From Octopus bimaculoides (lineage: Eukaryota), in assembly GCF_001194135.2 (NCBI RefSeq), contig NC_068997.1:27576455-27640375 (forward strand): a DNA stretch of 63,921 nucleotides, given 5' to 3'. The position numbers were made by a program, and so were the translations under genes. The notes beneath the pieces are model-generated. The model saw nothing but the letters and a program-made list of their open reading frames with translations. It did not search any database and was not told the origin of the DNA. Shown here in pieces: positions 23,701 through 38,466 of the stretch (position 1 is the stretch's first letter; every line of letters starts with the position of its first letter).

Positions 23701-24801
23701 TGGAAATAATAATTTTTTTTACATAAGGTATATGTATGGAATAACTGAAGTTTTACAAAGAGAATATAAGTCATCTAGCTTATTTTTCTTTGAACTGTCA
23801 TGTCCCTAAGAAGGCACCATCATCTGCAACAGCAATCAAAAAAAAAAAAAAAATATACTGAAAATTGTTCCTTTGGTGATCCAAAAGTTTTGAAGGAGTT
23901 TCAATTTAATCTTTTTTATTTTATATTCTCCATCTTAATATTTCAAATGGCAAAACTTGAGATGCTTCCATTAACAGAATGATGGGGAAATCAAATTATA
24001 TACTTAAATATAGATTATGGTTTAAATTATGTTTATGCGCAGTTGAGCTCAAATATAAATTCTGGAACTGAAAATTGATCTCCAGTCAAAATTCAATTAA
24101 AAAGATATAAAAAAGAAACTGATAAATTTATAAAAATAAAAGGAAAATATGTTTTATACAATGAATTTTGATTCAAATTTACATATTACACCCCACTGCC
24201 CACTAACGTCCTCATTTTAAGATACAGAAACATCTCAGTTTTTTCCATCTGAAACTTTCAACAAAATCATCTTCCCCAATGCTGGTTCGGATAAGAACAA
24301 CAGAATGGGAGGAATAAAATAAAATAAAAATAAATAAAAAAAAAGCAGATATGATACATTGACTTAATCAAAATAGTATTTTCTTATACAAATGACATTG
24401 TTAGCAGGAACCCCATGTCAATTGAATATCAATGACACAGAGTAGAAATTAACAATGTTAGGTACCTTGTGAAGAAAAGCATATTTAATAAAGAAGAGCA
24501 AGTCTTAGCTTTTTTTTTTTAATATTTTCCTTTCCTTGGTACACCATCAAATAAAAATTTCTCCTGCCAACAACAGTCACCACCACCTACAAGTTTTGAC
24601 AGTCAGAGGCAGCAACATATAGAAATCAGAGAAACAAAACTGATTTCCATTCATCTTACACTGTCTTTGTGAATTAATTGGATTGTTCTAGACATCCCTA
24701 CATCATCATACCCCCTTATATGAAAGGCCATTAAAAAAAATCAACAGAACTAAAAATGCGACAAGAGAAATTTCTTAAGATTATTATTATCATCATCATG
24801 A

Positions 24802-25047
24802 AGGCGGTGAGCTGGCAGAATCATTATGCACACTAGGCAAAATACTTAGCGGCATTTTGTTTGTGTTTATGCTCCGAGTTCAAGTTCCACCACGGTCGAC
24901 TTTGCCTTTCATCCTTTCGGGGTTGATGAAATAAGTACCACTTACGCACTGGGGTTAATGTAATTGACTAGCCCCCATGTCCCAAAATTTCAAGCCTTGT
25001 GCCTTTAGTAGAAAGGATTATTATTATTATTATTATTATTATTATTT
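24802..25047 (+). mobile_element. Near full-length family B tRNA-derived SINE with (ATT)n tail
   Basis: Head AAGGCGGTGAGCTGGCAGAATC, B-box-like GAGTTCAAGTTCC, core GGTCGACTTTGCCTTTCATCCTTTCGGGG...AATAAGTACC, tail AGAAAGG(ATT)n. Confidence 0.8.
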
Positions 25048-28000
25048 ATTGCTTCTTTTCAATTTTAAATATCTAGTGTGTGCGCGTGTGTGCTAACATG
25101 GAGAAACATGGTACTTGTTGAAGTAGGCCTTTCCTGGTACTGCCTGCACAACAGTAAGATGCAACTGGAATCAGCTGCTGTCATGTCCAGAGTTACAATA
25201 TAAAAGGTTGTAGTAAAGTTTCTTCCCTCATATTATTTCATTTGCTTTCACCTTCACAACTTCAGCAGATGAAGAGATGAAACATTTCATCTTAATCAAA
25301 TTAAACTTTGTTCTCAAAGAAATTTAGTAGCAAAAATTACAGTTGTATTAAATTTTCATATAGCTTGTCCTTTATAATTTACACATACATGCTTTTAAAA
25401 GCAAAATTTGGCAAAATAATAATTAAAAAAAAAAAAGAAATAAAAAGGTAAAATGTATGAAAATTGATGGTAAAAATCTACAAGAAATTATTGTAGAAAA
25501 TCTGCTCATTACATATTGACAATATATGGAAGCATGAAAGAGAAGAAATGAATTAATTCTTTTTAAAAATTTTACTCAAGTCATATGGTAGCTTTGAATA
25601 CAAGTTGCGTAAAGTTTGCTTTATGTTGAATCAAGTGATAAGTTTTGCACCTCAATTTCATGAAATTAGATGAAATAGTGAACACACCATGGAAGCACTA
25701 ATGCAGTTTTTAATTAATTTTTTTTTTTTTTTGTAATACACAGGGAGAGAAAAAAAAGAAACAAAAAACACTAACGAATATAATAAATGCATAGTTTCTA
25801 TACTAAATCAGGGTTATAATTTGACAATAATAGAGGGTCTAAAATCTAGCTCATGCTTGTATTAAGGCAGTATATATATATATATATGTATATATACATT
25901 AGGTGGGAAGAAAGAGAAACAGTTTTCTCAACAGCAATAGCAAACTATGCCTTAAGTGAGTGTTATAGGGAACAGAATTCACAAGACAATATGGCTTACT
26001 TTACAACTGCAGTAGATAGCTATCTAGTGGTTTACCACAGACACCTGTCTAAAAGAGGAGAGGAAGCACTGGTTAAAGAAGAATCAATTGCCTACATTGC
26101 TCTAAACAATACTATACACATTCAGCTATAATACTCTGCTAGTCCAACTATATTGCATTTTGGAAACAAATATAGGAACTGGGCAGGAAAAAAAAAAAAA
26201 TCAATGTTTAAGATGAATTACTATAGAAAGTGCAGCAAAATGAATAGCATACACACACTTACATTATTTTTCGTCCATCCACACAAGTACACTTACATTA
26301 TTTTTCATCCATCAACACACATGTACACACACATGAAATTTTAATCTGTCACAAAAAGGTCTTTTAATGAAACAATAAACCTTATAATGTAATCATGAAA
26401 AGATTAAAAAAACAAAACAAAAACAAAAACAAAACAACTAAATCGAAAGAATCATGCAATCATATGTATTACAATGTATAAAGAAAATCTATACACACAT
26501 GCAAGAATGTGGCAATAACAATAGTAAAGAGGTAAAAATAGACATTGAAATATATCTGGAAACTTTTTTTAATACTTTTAAATACATGCTAACACTTGTA
26601 GAAATTAAAATCATTGTTTACAGTTTATAAAACAAAAAACTGAGTAGTAACAGAAATAGACATGAAAATTTTATAATAATGCCTAGATTAAGTTTGCTTT
26701 TGTGGTATTTGATTTTATCATTACAAACCCCAGTACTGCTAGTATAAGGCACCCCAACATTTAACATACGCTTTTAATGTCATAAAGAAAGCCACCTCAA
26801 GCTTTATCTGTCATTCTAAATCAGAAATGATTTAAGTGGGTTTCTTTGATACCAATGTGTCTGAGGCTGCCTCTGGTTCCAAGATACAAATTTCCTGTTT
26901 TATAGTCATCTTCCAAAAAATTAAAATCTTCCAACAAATTTCAAGTCAGTTTTGTTCCAAATACCAGCTTAATAACGACAAAATTATTTTACGAATTTCT
27001 TGATTATTTTCACAATTAATTGAAACAAAAGCAATATTTTTTCAAAAGGGTTGGTACATTAATTATCTATAGCTTAAAAAGGAAATACATGCTCAAAACT
27101 TATTTCAGAAAACAAGTAGAAAATATACTCACACACACATACATAATACACACACACACACACATAGTGTAGGCTTTGATAGGATAGAAAATTAGAGTGT
27201 TTCCAAAGCAGCACTCAACCTGAATTCCTAGCCATCTACACCCTTGAATTGGAACCTTGAGAAAAAGATTGTCCACTGGTGCAGAGACTCCAGGTACATC
27301 ACTGGTAAAAGCAGCGTGCAAGCCTTACAAAAAGTAACATATAACATTTAGCACAACTATATCATTAGCTAGAATTGTTTCTGCACCACTATTTCTAATG
27401 CCGCTGCATGTAAATGATTTCTCTGTGAAAAGTTATGCAATATTAGTGGTTGATTATAATGAAGTGACACTTCATCAGATTAGCATCAAGTCATGTATGT
27501 TTACATAGTGTAATGCACATGCATTTTATGTTGTCTAAAAAATTTTTTCATTGAAATTAGATCCAAATCAGAAATCCATGAAAGAAGGAAGGAAAATGCT
27601 AAGAAATGTGAAAATATGGTTAAAAATACTAAAATGAGATTCAGACTAAATAATGATACATCTAAAACCTAACAAAAATGCATTGGGGAACCATCAGATG
27701 GTGAAAATTAAGTTTTTATATTGAAGCATAACTTTTTTTCTTTTTCTTTTAAATCTCATTAATCTTAATGTCTGCAACTCCAGTTATACAAACTTAGTGG
27801 TTCACAAACACAGAAATTAAGCCTTTTTTTTTTTTTTTTTTTTTTTTNNNNNNNNNNNNNNNNNNNNNNNNNNNNNNNNNNNNNNNNNNNNNNNNNNNNN
27901 NNNNNNNNNNNNNNNNNNNNNNNNNNNNNNNNNNNNNNNNNNNNNNNNNNNNNNNNNNNNNNNNNNNNNNNNNNNNNNNNNNNNNNNNNNNNNNNNNNNN

Positions 28001-29570
28001 NNNNNNNNNNNNNNNNNNNNNNNNNNNNNNNNNNNNNNNNNNNNNNNNNNNNNNNNNNNNNNNNNNNNNNNNNNNNNNNNNNNNNNNNNNNNNNNNNNNN
28101 NNNNNNNNNNNNNNNNNNNNNNNNNNNNNNNNNNNNNNNNNNNNNNNNNNNNNNNNNNNNNNNNNNNNNNNNNNNNNNNNNNNNNNNNNNNNNNNNNNNN
28201 NNNNNNNNNNNNNNNNNNNNNNNNNNNNNNNNNNNNNNNNNNNNNNNNNNNNNNNNNNNNNNNNNNNNNNNNNNNNNNNNNNNNNNNNNNNNNNNNNNNN
28301 NNNNNNNNNNNNNNNNNNNNNNNNNNNNNNNNNNNNNNNNNNNNNNNNNNNNNNNNNNNNNNNNNNNNNNNNNNNNNNNNNNNNNNNNNNNNNNNNNNNN
28401 NNNNNNNNNNNNNNNNNNNNNNNNNNNNNNNNNNNNNNNNNNNNNNNNNNNNNNNNNNNNNNNNNNNNNNNNNNNNNNNNNNNNNNNNNNNNNNNNNNNN
28501 NNNNNNNNNNNNNNTATATTTATTCAATATTTACACCACTCTTTAGTCTTTTCTCATTTTTCGACATCTATATTAACGTCTATTAATGAGGAGTGACACT
28601 TAGAAACAGCAAGTTCCAGTTAAGAGGTTTTGTTCTCTCTCCCCTTTTATACAATTCAATACCACTATCATATAATCGAAATGTTCCTACTGCCAACATT
28701 GGATAGATCGCAGAAAACTCGAAAAACTCAGTGGAAAGTTGCATTAAGATTGCTGAGTTTTACTTGAGATAAACTTTCTACAAGAGTACTTGGTGCTCAT
28801 ATTTTGAATTCTGAACTGGTCCACAGAAACCAGCACCACTTAAAACCTACCACTAAATGAGTAAAGATAAACTGTTAAAAGACAACTTTATAGCCAATGA
28901 CCAATTGGTGAATCAAGCCACCTGAATTTCAAATGAAAGCCAATCACTTATTTTATATTTGTCTCAGTCTATCTTTCAATAGAGCTGCACTTTGATGGAA
29001 CTCTTTCTACATCAAGGTTTTCTTCAAACAGTGAAATAATTATCTTAAATTATGGAGAGTGGATAAAGAACATATATACTAGCAATTTTCATAATAAAAG
29101 AAAAACTAAGAACAAAAACAAGAAAAATTGACCCTACTTTTATTATTTCTTTTTTGTAGGTCAACCATGATTGTAGGGGAAATATTTTATAGAAAAAGAT
29201 ATCTAGCTTTTTAATTTTAAATGTAGAATTTCTAATACCTATAACAAGTAATTCCCAAAGCTACATCTATATTTTGATAATGAAACAACTGTTACAATAA
29301 CAAAATATAAAATATCTCTAAAACTTTCATATGAAACTAAACAGAAATGACTTGGTATTACATTAGAAAGTGAGACCAGCTTTTTTTTTTGCATTGGGTC
29401 TTTAAATTGAAGGAAGAAATATGGAAAGAAAATGCCTACATTTAAGATGTACATAATTGACAACAATAATAAAATTGAAAAAAAAAAAACAATAACAAAA
29501 CAAAACAGGACATTACAAGTCAAAAGTGCAACAAACATTAAGCACAATATATGTGTGTGTGTATGTATGA

Positions 29571-29604
<34 letters not shown>

Positions 29605-29931
29605 ATATATATATATNNNNNNNNNNNNNNNNNNNNNNNNNNNNNNNNNNNNNNNNNNNNNNNNNNNNNNNNNNNNNNNNNNNNNNNNNNNNNNNNNNNN
29701 NNNNNNNNNNNNNNNNNNNNNNNNNNNNNNNNNNNNNNNNNNNNNNNNNNNNNNNNNNNNNNNNNNNNNNNNNNNNNNNNNNNNNNNNNNNNNNNNNNNN
29801 NNNNNNNNNNNNNNNNNNNNNNNNNNNNNNNNNNNNNNNNNNNNNNNNNNNNNNNNNNNNNNNNNNNNNNNNNNNNNNNNNNNNNNNNNNNNNNNNNNNN
29901 NNNNNNNNNATATATTTATATATATATATTC

Positions 29932-29990
<59 letters not shown>

Positions 29991-30322
29991 CATACATACA
30001 TAGAGACAGAGAGACAGAGAGAGAAAGAGAGCAGTCACTGTCAGCAGTGACAGTAAATAGCTATTACTGGCTGTTATTATTGCTCCTAATCTGAGATTCA
30101 GTAATAAGGATTAAACCAAGTAATAATAAAAATCCCGACTCCAAATTGAATAATTTGAAACTGCATATCACAACACAGGCACAGGAAAAGGATGCAAAGA
30201 AATTGCTGCGGAAGATAAAATGCAACAAGGAACAACCACTTGCAAGGTTGAAAGAGATGGTTCCAGAACTATCTGGATTGCATGTATAACATAACATAGA
30301 GGGTGAGTAAGCAGTAGTGATA

Positions 30323-30323
30323 A

Positions 30324-30370
<47 letters not shown>

Positions 30371-30376
30371 CACACG

Positions 30377-30458
<82 letters not shown>
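30323..30458. repeat. Compound (CA)n/(TA)n microsatellite, representative of dozens of (TA)n, (TG)n, (GA)n, (GATA)n, (ATT)n and (GAT)n tracts in the window
   Basis: Seen directly. Other examples: 33-135, 3775-3826 (GATA), 38420-38460 (GA), 39378-39452 (TG), 40258-40312 (TA). Confidence 0.95.
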
Positions 30459-30462
<4 letters not shown>

Positions 30463-33199
30463 TCATATAAAAAGGAGGCAAATGGAAGCAACCTGGAGAT
30501 GAGATGGCACATTGTTCTAAGCAAGTCAATGATATATGCAATGGCCCAAGAAAAGGGAGAGAAGTCAGAATAGCTAAAGCAGACTGATCATAAATTTGGA
30601 TCATGGCTTACCTAGTCATAACTAGGTGGAAAGCAACAAAGCAACCACCCAATGAAAATCTCTACAAGAATATTGTAAATGGACAAAATTATAGAGTATG
30701 AGCATATTTACTTAAATCCAATAGAAAGAAAAGAAAAAATTATTTATAAATAGACAAGCTATAAATAATTACTAATATATAGATGAATATTGAAATTATA
30801 CAAAATACTGAAATAGCTTTCAGAATATTCATTTATCACATTTTACTTCTTTTTCTTAAGAACTAAATTTATACAAAATATATTTCAGGATGAATAATTA
30901 GAGCTGAACTAGCTAATTAATTATCATTTTGAAGTAGTCAACAATTATTAAAATGATCAAAAGGATCCTATTTAAAATTCAATTAGCAGATTTGTAGCGA
31001 ATTACTTTTTTTTAATGAAAATATATGAACTAATATTTCAAATTCAAATTATTTGAATGGTAAATGAAAGAATTATTTTTATATAAAAAAGGTGATCAAA
31101 ATTTAACATCTTAACAGCCTCCATGAAAACATTAAAAAAAAACTAAATCATCTTTAAAACAAAAGGAAACAAAAACAATAAAACCTATACGTGTGTGTGT
31201 GTGTGTACATTATATATCTACATATACATATATATCTATATATATATATATACACACACACACATTTTGAATTTTCACAACTAGAAATAGCAAGGATGAT
31301 TGAAAAGAAATATAGTTTGCATAATAAATAAAATGTTAAAACAATTACATGATGAGTAAGGTGAAATTATCATTTAAAATGGAAAAGATAATAAATTGGT
31401 TTTGTCTTGAGAAGAATGAATACTTAAATATTAATACGTCTATAAAATAATAAATAAAAGGGTGCTTAGTAGCACTTTATTGTGAGGAAAAAAAAAAGTC
31501 ACTAGAAAATGGTTTCATCATACCATAACTGCACTCATAATTGAAAATAGAAATGAAAGAAACAGGCGATATTCCTAACATGTACATACACAGCAGTGCA
31601 TACATACAAACATTTTGACAACAATGTTAACCAAAATTAGGTGTAACAAACTTCAATTTCGTTTTTTTTTTTTTTGTCCATTGTTTCTAAATGAGTGATG
31701 AGCTAGAGCAAAGTGAAATCAGTATTGCTTTAGCTCACTTCTAATATATTTAGCTTGGATATTAGGTAGTAAATACAGATAGACCAAACAGCATACTTAT
31801 GTTATATATAGCAAATAGAAATAACAAACATAAAAATGACCATGCAATAAACTATTTGGGCTTGACTCAAACTAATAATGAACACCGATCAGAGTGGCTT
31901 TTATAAGTACAACAAACATGAAATACAAGAAGTGGTATCAATGCATTCTCTCTTATGTACAATAACAATTACATTACATATATCAAACTGTGCACACATT
32001 ATATATACATGTGTGTATGTATGTATATATAAATATATGTACATATAAACTTTTTAAAAGTTTAATAGATGGAGAAGTATATTTTTCTGTTGATCTTAAT
32101 ACATTTAGCCCACCCCACTTTAATTGCAGTAATATTCAATAGAGCTTTTAGTCAAAGGCAAGTATTTGAAGGGCACACACTACCTTATAGCTGAATGTGG
32201 AGATATGTATGTGAAAACGGATTGACTAGGTATACATAGACATGAACTGTTGATTCATTCTTTGCATTCAACCCTGAAGTAGGCATGTTAATTTCACTAC
32301 TGTACATTGTTTTAGCAACTGCACTTTATTATATTCACTGAAAGGGAGACTATGTGGACACTTGGTCTGTTACAAATAGCAGCCAAATCTCCAACTCACA
32401 CCCTACCATCTTCATGAAGGGAAAGACACACTGGAAAATGTCTTTCTAGATACCCTTAAAAAGTGAACATGTTTAACTGAATAATTCGCATAGTATGTAA
32501 TAAAACTCCATAGATTCATAGATTATCATCAATTTAATACTATCAACATCTAATTCTAACAAAATATCACACACACACAAGAGAACAGAATGAACTGCTC
32601 TTCAACAAGACTCAATATAAACAGCTGGCTATATACTTCATTTACTAAACCAATGTTTTCCTATCATCTGAGATGAGATCTCAAAACCTGTTTATAGCAA
32701 TGGTAAGATTGGATTTGGAATTATTAGAATTCCAAGCCTAAACACTTTACTTATGAACCATAGTTATTAAGAATCAACATTTTTCTGCACTATTTAAATA
32801 ATGAAAGGTTAACTAAATCTTGACAGGTTATCTATAATAATATTTAAATATTTAATTAACATTTTTAATCAAGTGACATCAAATTTTACAACGGTATCCG
32901 CAAGTTAATAATAAAAAGCTCAGTAAACTAAACTATGAAGAGAATTATAAAAGAAATAAAAATAAAGAAACAGGCTTTTGAAATGAAAAAGATTCAAAGA
33001 ACATTTAAAAAATATCGGCCTATGAAGCTATCATTAAGAACCTTAACCTTCATAATCAGAATGAGTAGAAGACAGCAACTATTTAGAATGTCATCAATCA
33101 TAGAAACTGTTAGGTTGTTGGGGGCTTTTATACAGAAATATATTGATAAACACTAATATAAAAAATGAAATTAAAATACTAATTTCTAACACAAATTTG

Positions 33200-33690
33200 G
33201 GAGAGAGGTTTATAAAATCAGCCTCAATACTTGACTGACAATTTTATCAACCTCAGGGGGACAAAGGCAAAGTTGACCGTAGCAGGATTTGAACTCAGAT
33301 TGTAAAGAGTTGGAACAACTACTGTATAGTTCAATGTTCAAATAATTCTGATTAATTCTAAGAAGGACAACAGTTTTAAGGGGAGGGAATAAGTTGATTA
33401 CACTGACCCCAATACTCAAGTGGTATTTCATTTTAACTCTAAGAAGACAGAAGGCAAAATTTATCTTCACAGGATTTGAACTCAGAACATAAAAGAGCAG
33501 AAATGCCACTAGGTATTCTGTTCGACATCAACTCTAGTACTTGATTGGTACTTTAATTTATGAATCTCAAAAGGATGAATGGCAAAGTTGACCTTGGAAG
33601 GATTTGAACATAGAACATAAAGAGTCTGGAGAAATACCACAAGGCATTTTGTCCAATGTTCTAGTGATTCTGCAAATCCAGCACTCAAAT
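33200..33690 (-). mobile_element. Three head-to-tail family B SINE copies
   Basis: GGCAAAGTTGACC...GGATTTGAACTCAGA repeated at ~33265, ~33455 and ~33580. Confidence 0.7.
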
Positions 33691-34284
33691 ATTTTATTTT
33701 CCATGCCAGCATGAGTAAGTGTTTTTGATTGGAGGTATGACTTTCCTATTATAAAATAGTGTTGAGGTGGAAATAGTTTGTCAGAGGAAATATCTAGTTA
33801 TATTTTTCATCTAAGGTTTTGTTGTTCAATACTGTAATCTCCAGGACATTGTATGCTGACAGCAAGCTGTCTTCTGATAAACCAGCACAAAGCTAGAATG
33901 AAGTAATAGGTGGATAAAGTTACCAGGCTAGTGTTTGACTGGTATTTACCTCATAAAATCTAGACAATGAAGAGCAATAAAGAGGTTAGCAAGATTTGAG
34001 TTGAGGAAATAGAGAGAAAAACCCAGATACTGTAAGGGAAATGTGAAGACTGGAGAGTTTCTGCAACAATAATCCCACTAATTATAAACAACTTTGATAC
34101 TGTTATTAACAGACTCAATAGTCTCCTTAATGAAATTGAAGTAATTAGAGAACTGCATGAATACAGAAACTTGTTCTATTAGGAACAGTAAAATTGTTCA
34201 AAAGATCCTCAGTATCCAAGGAAATCAGTTGTAACCTGTCTACTATAGACACAAGGCCTGAAATTTTTGAGGGAACCAAGTCAA

Positions 34285-34650
34285 TTACATCAATCCCAGA
34301 GCTCAACTGGTGTTTATTGTAGTGATCCCAAAAGAATGAATGGCAAAGTCAACCTCAGTACATGAAGATGGACAAAATGCCACTAAGCATGTTGTCCAGT
34401 GGGCTAATGGTTCTGTCAACTTGCTGCCTTAATAATTATAATCCTTTCTACTATAGGCACAAGGCCTGAAATTTTGGGGGATGGGGCAAATAGATTAGAT
34501 CAAGCCCAGTGCTCAACTGGTATTTATTTCATCAAGCCTGAAAGGATTAAAGATAAAGTTGATCATGGCAGAATTTGAACTCAGAACATAAAGACGGATG
34601 AAATGCCACTAATCATGTCGTTCTGTGTGCTAATGATTCTACCAGGTTGC
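34285..34650 (-). mobile_element. Two tandem family B SINE copies
   Basis: GCACAAGGCCTGAAATTTT...CCCAGTGCTCAACTGGT...AAAGTT repeated at ~34255 and ~34455. Confidence 0.7.
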
Positions 34651-36755
34651 TGTGGCCAGACATTTAATGAGACAGTATAGGCTTCCGAATGAAAGATAAA
34701 GATGTCCTTCGTGATTAAAACCCTGAACAAAGACTGTTACTAAATAGGGCAAGGCATTTTATCCACCAAAATTATCACTAAGCTATGTTGGACAATGATT
34801 ATTTATGAAGCTATAGTTTATATAAAAGCTTCCTTTTTGTATAGGCACCATGTTTAGCAATGAAATGGTTGATGAAGAAGTGTTATTGAAAATTTATAAG
34901 ACATGCAATTGAAAACTCAAAGAATGTTCTAACAGTATTGTTTTTTTTTTCTTTCAGTTTCAATTTATTTATTTATTTAAGAGTTTAGAATGCAAAACAC
35001 ACACACAGACTCACCTAGAGCAAAGTTAAGGAAAAGAATATGACAAAAAGAAATGGGAAGAAGATAACTTACCTGAAGTCACTTCTTACCAAGGTTTAAA
35101 AAATAAATAAATAAAAAAAAACAACAATTTAATATTCTTTGAAACCTTCGGCCCTCTCTTTACCTACCAATGATGATGGCTAAATTCTACCAAACAGATA
35201 ATTGCAGGTGTTAATTTAGTTAACTGTAGCCTAGGCAATAGATTTAGTAAGATGATGTTCTAGTAAAGTGAAAAGTATGATGATGGAATTAGTTTGTGAG
35301 AATAATCTTTCTTTGTGGCAAATGAAGATCAAACTCCATGATAAATTAAAATACTTTCCATCTAAGCAGTCTTGAATTCCTGTTATACATTATCAGAAAG
35401 GTCAACTATATACACAAAGTATGTGTGCATGTATGTGTATGTACACACACACATTCATCTGGTGTTACTAAATTTTCAAGCTACATACCAAATCAGACTA
35501 TCATTCCACTGCAACAAAAATTAGATTATGAGAATTCACTAATATCTACAAAAGCTCACCAACACTATATTCTTGATGAAAAGAAAGAAGGGGTCATTGA
35601 TAGAACCATCAAGTGGTTGTCTGTAACAACAAATGACCAAGACGATATATTCCATTAAATGTTACAGCAACACTTATCAAGGTGAACATGGGAAAACAGA
35701 TCTATGAAACATTTCAGCATCAGTGCATATTTCATGAACGGACCTTTAATATTGATGTGTTTTGCTACAGTAATAAAAGTGGTTACATATTTTAGTAGGG
35801 GAGAGAAACCAATAAGTTGTCACACTCATGCTTTTCACAACAGCATCAATGAGGAATTGACTTCGGGTAAAACTAACCACATCAATTAGTTGCCAGGAAG
35901 GTTAGATTTGTTAAACGGATACTTTTCAGAATTTTGATGACTTCAAGCCTATTTCATAAACAATTGTAGGCTGTGAAATAGGATAACCAAGAATTTACTG
36001 TTACATCATATCACTTATCACAGCGAATGATTTCTTTCTGAAGCACAATGTCTTTTTTGTCAGTGAGCTGTTCAGTGTGGAGAAAGATTTTCATAAAATT
36101 TAATATGGTTTCCATAACCTTTTGCATTTACCCAACACATACACACACAGTATACCAACTTGCTTATTTATGATAATATATACAGTTCTCCATAAACCAT
36201 ATGTCTTTCAATAGTTATTAAACTTATTCAACAGAAATGCAAGAATGTATGGTAGTAGAGATATACATTATCTGGCCACATATATTTAATTATATGACAC
36301 AAATAACTTCTTTGGATAAATTATAATACATGTACAAATGAGAGAAAACAGGTTTATACATGTACAGGATGTTAATAGATGTCGAGAGAGAGAAATGGTG
36401 TTTGTTAATGTATGTATAGAGAGGTGGTAGTGTGTTTGTGTATATATATATATATATATATGATAGTGGTGAACAGTGAGAATGAGTACTCAACACTGTA
36501 TTGGTGGATAAATACTTTGTGGATTTTCTTCACTACCTTAGGTCTCTCATGCTTTATAATAAGCAATTCTCAAATTCTCTACAAAAAAATTGTTGATAAC
36601 ACTAAAAATTGGTAATGAAATCGAAAATGGAGACAATGATAGAAAATGTTTTTTGACATGGAGCATTTAAAAATAGCAAATCATAATGTATGAAACCTAA
36701 GGTACAGAAAATCCACAAATAAAGGAGGAAAAAAAAATACACACACACACAGATG

Positions 36756-36795
<40 letters not shown>

Positions 36796-36886
36796 NNNNN
36801 NNNNNNNNNNNNNNNNNNNNNNNNNNNNNNNNNNNNNNNNNNNNNNNNNNNNNNNNNNNNNNNNNNNNNNNNNNNNNNNNNNNNNN

Positions 36887-36925
<39 letters not shown>

Positions 36926-36981
36926 TCATACAAAGAAATGATGTTTCTTAGTATGATAAGAGAGATGATAATTTGTGTAAG

Positions 36982-37012
<31 letters not shown>

Positions 37013-38416
37013 AAATGTCCAAGACAAATGCCTGTTTCTGAGTAAGTTATAAAGTTGATGAAAAGGAAATGAAGTTTCTAATAAACACAACATACTAACT
37101 CATAAACCAATTAACACACAACACTATTATGATATTACTTTAGGCTGAAGCAATTTGACAATATTTAGATGAAGGCCAGCCTTCTTCCAAATCATTAAAT
37201 AACCTCTAAAAGCAGTAATCATCTAGTAGCTACACAGTCCCCCATCCATCAATCTGTCTCAAATGTTAAACAAGATATCAAGTTGGTGCAGTTTTTGCCT
37301 ATGATTTTAAGTCGATATTGCTCATATTCCAGCATTTGTTCAGTCCAACAAGGACAAAACATTAACAGCAACGAAGAGACAAATAACAATTGTCAATATA
37401 AATAAAGGTTATTATTATTATTATGTTATAATCATTGGATTACTGCAATGTTTACTACAGACACGATATCAAGAAAAGGTTTAGATGAAGGAAAAGAAAT
37501 AGCAACAAGCAAATAAACATAACACAGAATATATACTTTGGGTGGACAAATGAAATGAAAGAGGACAGACAGGAGATCCACACGCATAGAGGGAACAAAA
37601 GATGCAGCAAAACCCTTTAGCAGAAAGTATTGCATTAAAAAGTAAACCTATGAGGATAAGTAAACTGTATAACATTAAGCAGAAATACAATGTTACAAAA
37701 GGCTACAGAAAGTATAAGGAAGTTCAAGGCAACAACCAAAAACCCATATGTAAATAATATATGCAGCAGAAAGAAAAAAAAAAATAAAGCATTGGAGTAA
37801 AATGTTCATGAGCATTGCAAAGGTGACAATGAAACTCCTAAACAGGAAACACAAGTCAGTTGGTGAGTGAATGGTTAGCAGCAGCAGCCTTAGAGGAAAA
37901 GGATCTGAGATTTGAGAGAAAACCATTTCAAAGGTACACATGCACAATTGTAAAACCCAATGTTCTGATCAAAGCACATGTTGGTGATTCTTCATTCTAG
38001 CTTTGCTTTTTATTCAACACGCACAGAGGAGGAGAAGGCACTCACAGACATAACGGCAAAGAATTACAAATACATATCAATATGGAACTCTGCACATCGA
38101 TTCATCACGCAATATATATTTGAAACAAAAAAAAAAAATAAAAAAGATTTTTTTTTTTATCAAAAAACAATATTTTAGCTAGACAATATACACATACTAA
38201 TTTAAACATGAAAATATGACATTGATGAAACAAAAAGATTTTATAATAAAAAAAATTAAAATAAATAAAAATGCTAAATGGATTTCAGTTTGTTGCCAAA
38301 TAAAGTTGTTTTAAATACCTGTTAGCCCTACATAATTATAAGTAGCCTATTAATGAAAAGTTAAATTTTAAAAAGAACTAATTGCTTTTAGTAAAAATCA
38401 TTAAAAGTATACAAGC

Positions 38417-38466
<50 letters not shown>

